From Gammaproteobacteria bacterium (lineage in GTDB: Bacteria > Pseudomonadota > Gammaproteobacteria > Xanthomonadales > Rhodanobacteraceae), in the NCBI GenBank assembly GCA_005877675.1, contig VBNZ01000096.1:17325-51540 (forward strand): 34,216 nt of DNA, given 5' to 3'. A program made the position numbers and the translations under genes. Positions 30,587 through 34,216 of this stretch are shown here, piece after piece; position 1 is the stretch's first letter, and each line of letters begins with the position of its first letter. The notes below the pieces were generated by a model. The model worked only from the letters and a program-made list of their open reading frames with translations, ran no database searches and was not told the origin of the DNA.

Positions 30587-31209
30587 AGTGGTGCCTCTAG
30601 CGTGCTAAATTTCAACCGGCGCAGGTCCAACTCGCAATTGATCAGAAATTCGAACGCCTCGACATGCCGCTCGGTCTCGGCCATATCGCGGCCCCAGGTG
30701 TAGATGCCGTGGCCGTCGATCAGATAACCATATAGGGGTTTGCCTGAATCAATCCAAGCGCCGACCTTGGCGACGAGCTCAGGCATCTGTTGCGTGTTGG
30801 CGAACACCGGCAGATCGAGTTGCGATTCGTGCGTGGTATACCAGCCTTCGAAACGGATCACGCCCGCGCGCGCGTACAGGCGCGAAGCGACCGTCTGTGC
30901 GCGCGAGTGCGTGTGCAGCACCGCGTTCGCCTCGGGAAAGCGCGTATAGATCTGCGTGTGCAGCAGCGTTTCCGCCGATGGCTTTGCAGAGGTGCCGATT
31001 GGCTCGCCTTGCATGTCGACGACCATCACGTCGTGCGGCGTCAATGCGCCCTTGTCGCGGCCGGAGACCGTGACCGCAAGATTGCCGTTGTCGAGGCGCA
31101 TTGAAAAATTGCTGCTCGTCGCCGGCGTCAGGCCCAGCGCGCCGAGCTTGCGTCCGGCCGCGACGATTGCGCCTGCGGCGGCTGTGAAATCGACCGGTTT
31201 TGCGGCCAA
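30583..31209 (-). CDS. mtnB: methylthioribulose-1-phosphate dehydratase (TTG start; apparent short in-frame deletion near 30840)
   Basis: [27 protein letters not shown] and GHGIYTWG motifs. Confidence 0.93.
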   Translation of the reverse strand: MAAKPVDFTAAAGAIVAAGRKLGALGLTPATSSNFSMRLDNGNLAVTVSGRDKGALTPHDVMVVDMQGEPIGTSAKPSAETLLHTQIYTRFPEANAVLHTHSRAQTVASRLYARAGVIRFEGWYTTHESQLDLPVFANTQQMPELVAKVGAWIDSGKPLYGYLIDGHGIYTWGRDMAETERHVEAFEFLINCELDLRRLKFSTLEAPL

Positions 31210-31325
31210 AAGAGCGCTCCTTGTCCTCGCTGTGCAATGGTCGAAGTATACCGGAATGCGATTCGCGGATTGTGCATCTTGAAAGTGCGCGGTGCTACCC
31301 TGAACTTTCTTGAAATCTTTCGCTC

Positions 31326-31494
31326 GTTATTCCCGCGAAGGCAAAATTCCAGCGCCTTTCGTTACTGGCCACATAACCCAAAAGCAAAAGTCGCTGGATT
31401 CCCGCTAAAAGCACGCGGGAATGACGAACTAAAACATTCGCGGCTGAAGGTCGGGGATAATCAAGAAACTGGATTTCCGTCTTCGCAGAATGAC
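31326..31494. repeat. degenerate REP-like palindromes (GTCATTCC family)
   Basis: GTTATTCCCGCGAAGGCAAAATTCCAG ... CTGGATTCCCGC...GCGGGAATGAC ... CTGGATTTCCGTCTTCGCAGAATGAC. Confidence 0.75.
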
Positions 31495-31596
31495 AGCTCG
31501 AACCGCTCGAACAGTTTGAACAGCTTGAACAGCTTGAACAGCTTGAACAGCTCGAACAGCTCGAACAGCTCGAACAGCTCGAACAGCTCGAACAGC
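31495..31596. repeat. 9-bp tandem repeat, AGCT(C/T)GAAC x 11.3
   Basis: Counted directly: 11 units plus AGC. Confidence 0.97.
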
Positions 31597-31622
31597 ACTA
31601 AGGACTTGCTTCAAGGATCCAC

Positions 31623-31982
31623 ATGAACATCGATCTTTCCGCACTCGACGCGACGCAACTCGACGCGCTGATCGCCGCCGCGGCCAAGCGCCGCGCCGAA
31701 CTCGGCCCGCAGTCCGAGCAGCCGCCGCAGCAATGCGAGGCCGTGCTCAATCCCGCCTGGCACACCTCGCCATTGCCGAACGGGGTGCTGATGATGCTGC
31801 GCCACCCTGGCATGGGCTGGCTGGCCTTCGTGTTGCCGCACGAGCATCGCGTGCATCTGACCAGCCTGTGGTTGCATCAATCGCTGTTGTACAAGCCCGC
31901 GGAAGCGGCCACTACGGCGGCGGACACGCCGGTCGCGCCGACGCCGAATTTCGGCGCGGGCGGGAGCGGGACGGTGCATTGA
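31623..31982 (+). CDS. hypothetical protein with an H-NS-like N-terminal helix
   Basis: AAGGA SD, typical high-GC3 codon usage; N-terminus MNIDLSALDATQLDALIAAAAKRR. Confidence 0.75.
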   Translation: MNIDLSALDATQLDALIAAAAKRRAELGPQSEQPPQQCEAVLNPAWHTSPLPNGVLMMLRHPGMGWLAFVLPHEHRVHLTSLWLHQSLLYKPAEAATTAADTPVAPTPNFGAGGSGTVH

Positions 31983-32054
31983 AAGCGAATCTCGCCATCT
32001 GAGACCTTGCGCTGTCACAATCGCTGCATCGACTCGCCAAGCAGGGTGCTGGCA

Positions 32055-33542
32055 TTGAATATCGCGGATTTTCCCGTCACAGCCGTAATTGCGTTGATCG
32101 CTTTCGCTCTGGGCGCAATTCTTTCCTGGCTGCTGATGCGCTCGCGCGCTGTGGCGCTGCACGGCAATTGGCAGCGGCTACAATCTGAGCGCGCTGCACG
32201 CGAGGCGGAACTGGACCAGCATCGCGAACGCCTGTTCGCGCTCGGCAACGAACGTGCAACGCTGGCCGGGCGGCTCGAACGCCTGACCCAGGTCGAAACC
32301 GAACTTGCTGCGACACGCGCGGAATTGCAGCGCGTCGGCGACGCGCGTCAGCGCGCGGAGCAGCAGGCAACCGCGCTCGGCACGCATCTGCAGGAACAGC
32401 AGCAGGCCGCGCAGCAGCGCGAGACGCTCACGCTGCAGGCCGTGCAGGAACGCGAGGCACTGCTCAAGCATGTGCGCGACGAGTTCAGCGATAAATTCAA
32501 GGCGCTTGCCAACGAATTGCTCGACGAGAAGAGCCGCAAGTTCACCGAGCAGAATCAGGCCAACCTCGGCACGCTGCTCAATCCATTGCGCGAGCAGCTC
32601 GGCGAATTCCGCAAGCGCGTCGACGACGTCTACGACAAGGAGAGCCGCGAGCGGCAGCTGCTCAAGAGCGAAATCGATTCATTGAAGACGCTCAATCAGC
32701 GCATCGACGAGGATGCGCGCAATCTCACGCGCGCGCTCACGCGCGAGGTGAAGGCACAGGGCGCCTGGGGCGAGCTCGTGCTCGAACGTCTGCTCGAAGC
32801 CTCCGGTCTGCAGAAGGGCCGCCAGTACGACACGCAGACGACATTCGCCGACGACGCCGGCGGACGCGCGCGACCCGACGTGATCGTGCATCTGCCCGAA
32901 GGACGCGACATCATCATCGACGCGAAAGTATCGCTGACCGCGTACGATCGTTATTGCAATGCCAGCGAGGATGCGGAGCGCGGCATGCAACTATCTGCGC
33001 ATCTCGTCTCGCTGCGCAGCCACGTCAAGGAGCTCGCCGAGCGCCGCTACAGCGACCTTGCCGGCATCAATTCGCTCGAATTCGTGCTGATGTTCGTGCC
33101 GGTCGAGGCGGCATACATCGAGGCCGTGCATAGTGATGACGAGCTGCAGACGTTCGCGCTGGAAAAACGCGTCGTGATCGTGACGACCTCGACCCTGCTG
33201 GCGACGTTGCAGACCGTCGCCAGCCTATGGCGTAACGACGATCGCAATCGCAACGCGCTCGAAATTGCCGATCGCGCGGGTAAGTTGTACGACAAGTTTG
33301 CTGGCTTCGTTGCGGATATTGAAGACGCGCGCAACAAGCTCGAGGCCGCGCGCCGCGCGCTCGGCGACGCGAGCGGCAAGCTCAGCGACGGCCGCGGCAA
33401 TCTGCTCGGTCAGGTCGAGAAGCTGCGCGAACTCGGTGCGAAGGCGAGCAAGGCGCTGCCGCCCGAGCTGGTGGAGCGCGCGCAGGTCGACGAGGTGCAG
33501 GCGCGGCTTGGCGACAACGGGCGTCAGGGCGACGGAGCGTAG
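32055..33542 (+). CDS. rmuC: DNA recombination protein RmuC
   Basis: N-terminal TM and coiled coil; QGAWGE..LE..LE.SGL, RPDVIVHLP, IDAKVSL and FVLMFVP motifs. Start is uncertain. Confidence 0.93.
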   Translation: MNIADFPVTAVIALIAFALGAILSWLLMRSRAVALHGNWQRLQSERAAREAELDQHRERLFALGNERATLAGRLERLTQVETELAATRAELQRVGDARQRAEQQATALGTHLQEQQQAAQQRETLTLQAVQEREALLKHVRDEFSDKFKALANELLDEKSRKFTEQNQANLGTLLNPLREQLGEFRKRVDDVYDKESRERQLLKSEIDSLKTLNQRIDEDARNLTRALTREVKAQGAWGELVLERLLEASGLQKGRQYDTQTTFADDAGGRARPDVIVHLPEGRDIIIDAKVSLTAYDRYCNASEDAERGMQLSAHLVSLRSHVKELAERRYSDLAGINSLEFVLMFVPVEAAYIEAVHSDDELQTFALEKRVVIVTTSTLLATLQTVASLWRNDDRNRNALEIADRAGKLYDKFAGFVADIEDARNKLEAARRALGDASGKLSDGRGNLLGQVEKLRELGAKASKALPPELVERAQVDEVQARLGDNGRQGDGA

Positions 33543-33578
33543 TTCTTACGACTCAGCCGACGGAATATCTGCCGGCCA

Positions 33579-34216
33579 TCAAGGCGTCTGTGCTGCGACA
33601 CCCGCCAACGCAGCGTCGGCCAAGCGCAATTTGCTCTTGCCGTAGCCGTAAGCGAAGTACAGCGCGAACCCGGCGATGGTCCAGACCACGGTCAAGGTCC
33701 AGTTGTAGGCATCGAAGGTCGACAGCAGCACGGCGCAGCTCACGATGCCGAGCAGGCAGATCAGCGGTGCGGCGGGTATGCGGAATGGGCGCGGAATCTC
33801 CGGACTGGTCACGCGCAGGATCCACACGCCGGCGCAGACAGCGGCGAAGCTGATCAGCGTGCCGATCGATGTCAGATCGCCGAGCACATCGAGCGGAAAC
33901 ACGGCTGCGAGCAGGGCGATGCCGATGCCGGTGATCACGGTGTTGATGTGCGGCGTGCGGTACTTCGGATGGATGCGCGAGAACACCGGTGGCAGCAGAC
34001 CGTCGTTGGCCATGATCATGAAGATGCGCGGCTGGCCGATGCACATGCACAGAATCACGCTGGACAGTCCGATCAGCGCGCCGATCTCGACGACCCAGCG
34101 CAACCAGGCGAGCTGCGGGTGACTCGACACCGCGGTCACCACGGGTTCGTTGGTGCCCAACTGCGTGTACGAGAGCGGGCCCGTGAGCACCGCTGCCATC
34201 GCGACGTAGAGCACGG
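33579..34216 (-). CDS. APC-superfamily amino acid permease, 3' part (partial)
   Basis: GQPRIF..MA.DGLLP, HPKYRTP, SIGTL, RPFRIP and YFAYG motifs. Confidence 0.93.
   Translation of the reverse strand, partial: VLYVAMAAVLTGPLSYTQLGTNEPVVTAVSSHPQLAWLRWVVEIGALIGLSSVILCMCIGQPRIFMIMANDGLLPPVFSRIHPKYRTPHINTVITGIGIALLAAVFPLDVLGDLTSIGTLISFAAVCAGVWILRVTSPEIPRPFRIPAAPLICLLGIVSCAVLLSTFDAYNWTLTVVWTIAGFALYFAYGYGKSKLRLADAALAGVAAQTP

Noticed and set aside
31237-31644. ORFs with SNS/LNS or AVR repeats
   Set aside because: They are translations of REP and 9-bp VNTR DNA, with no SD or codon-bias support.

Overview
High-GC (roughly 65%) housekeeping chromosome segment. Gene content and order are typical of Xanthomonadales, probably Rhodanobacteraceae (inference). 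Order: argC end-argH-proB-proA, PIG-L deacetylase, secreted Cys/His-repeat protein, GFA and two SDRs, tRNA-Pro(CGG), TonB-like protein, hisS, an unusually long histidine ammonia-lyase, DUF998, PadR plus sensor, CHAD, then a YerC/TrpR-like repressor with hisGDCB(N)HA-[REP array]-FIE. After that come an M20 peptidase, a TPR-GGDEF protein, a C13 peptidase, mtnB-mtnD-PH-mtnC, a REP/VNTR region, a protein with an H-NS-like N-terminus, rmuC and an APC permease. No CRISPR array, integrase, transposase or defence system was seen. Most interesting: (1) a ~490-bp palindromic repeat array inside the hisA/hisF junction is spanned by two ORFs that recreate the same 7-nt GCATGYTGA start/stop overlap at all three junctions, a possible translational-coupling relay; (2) a ~637-aa MIO enzyme with three large insertions sits directly behind hisS; (3) about nine local lesions (short deletions plus two exact inverted copies of 139 and 99 bp) most likely reflect local misassembly, so the apparent pseudogenes should not be trusted without reads.
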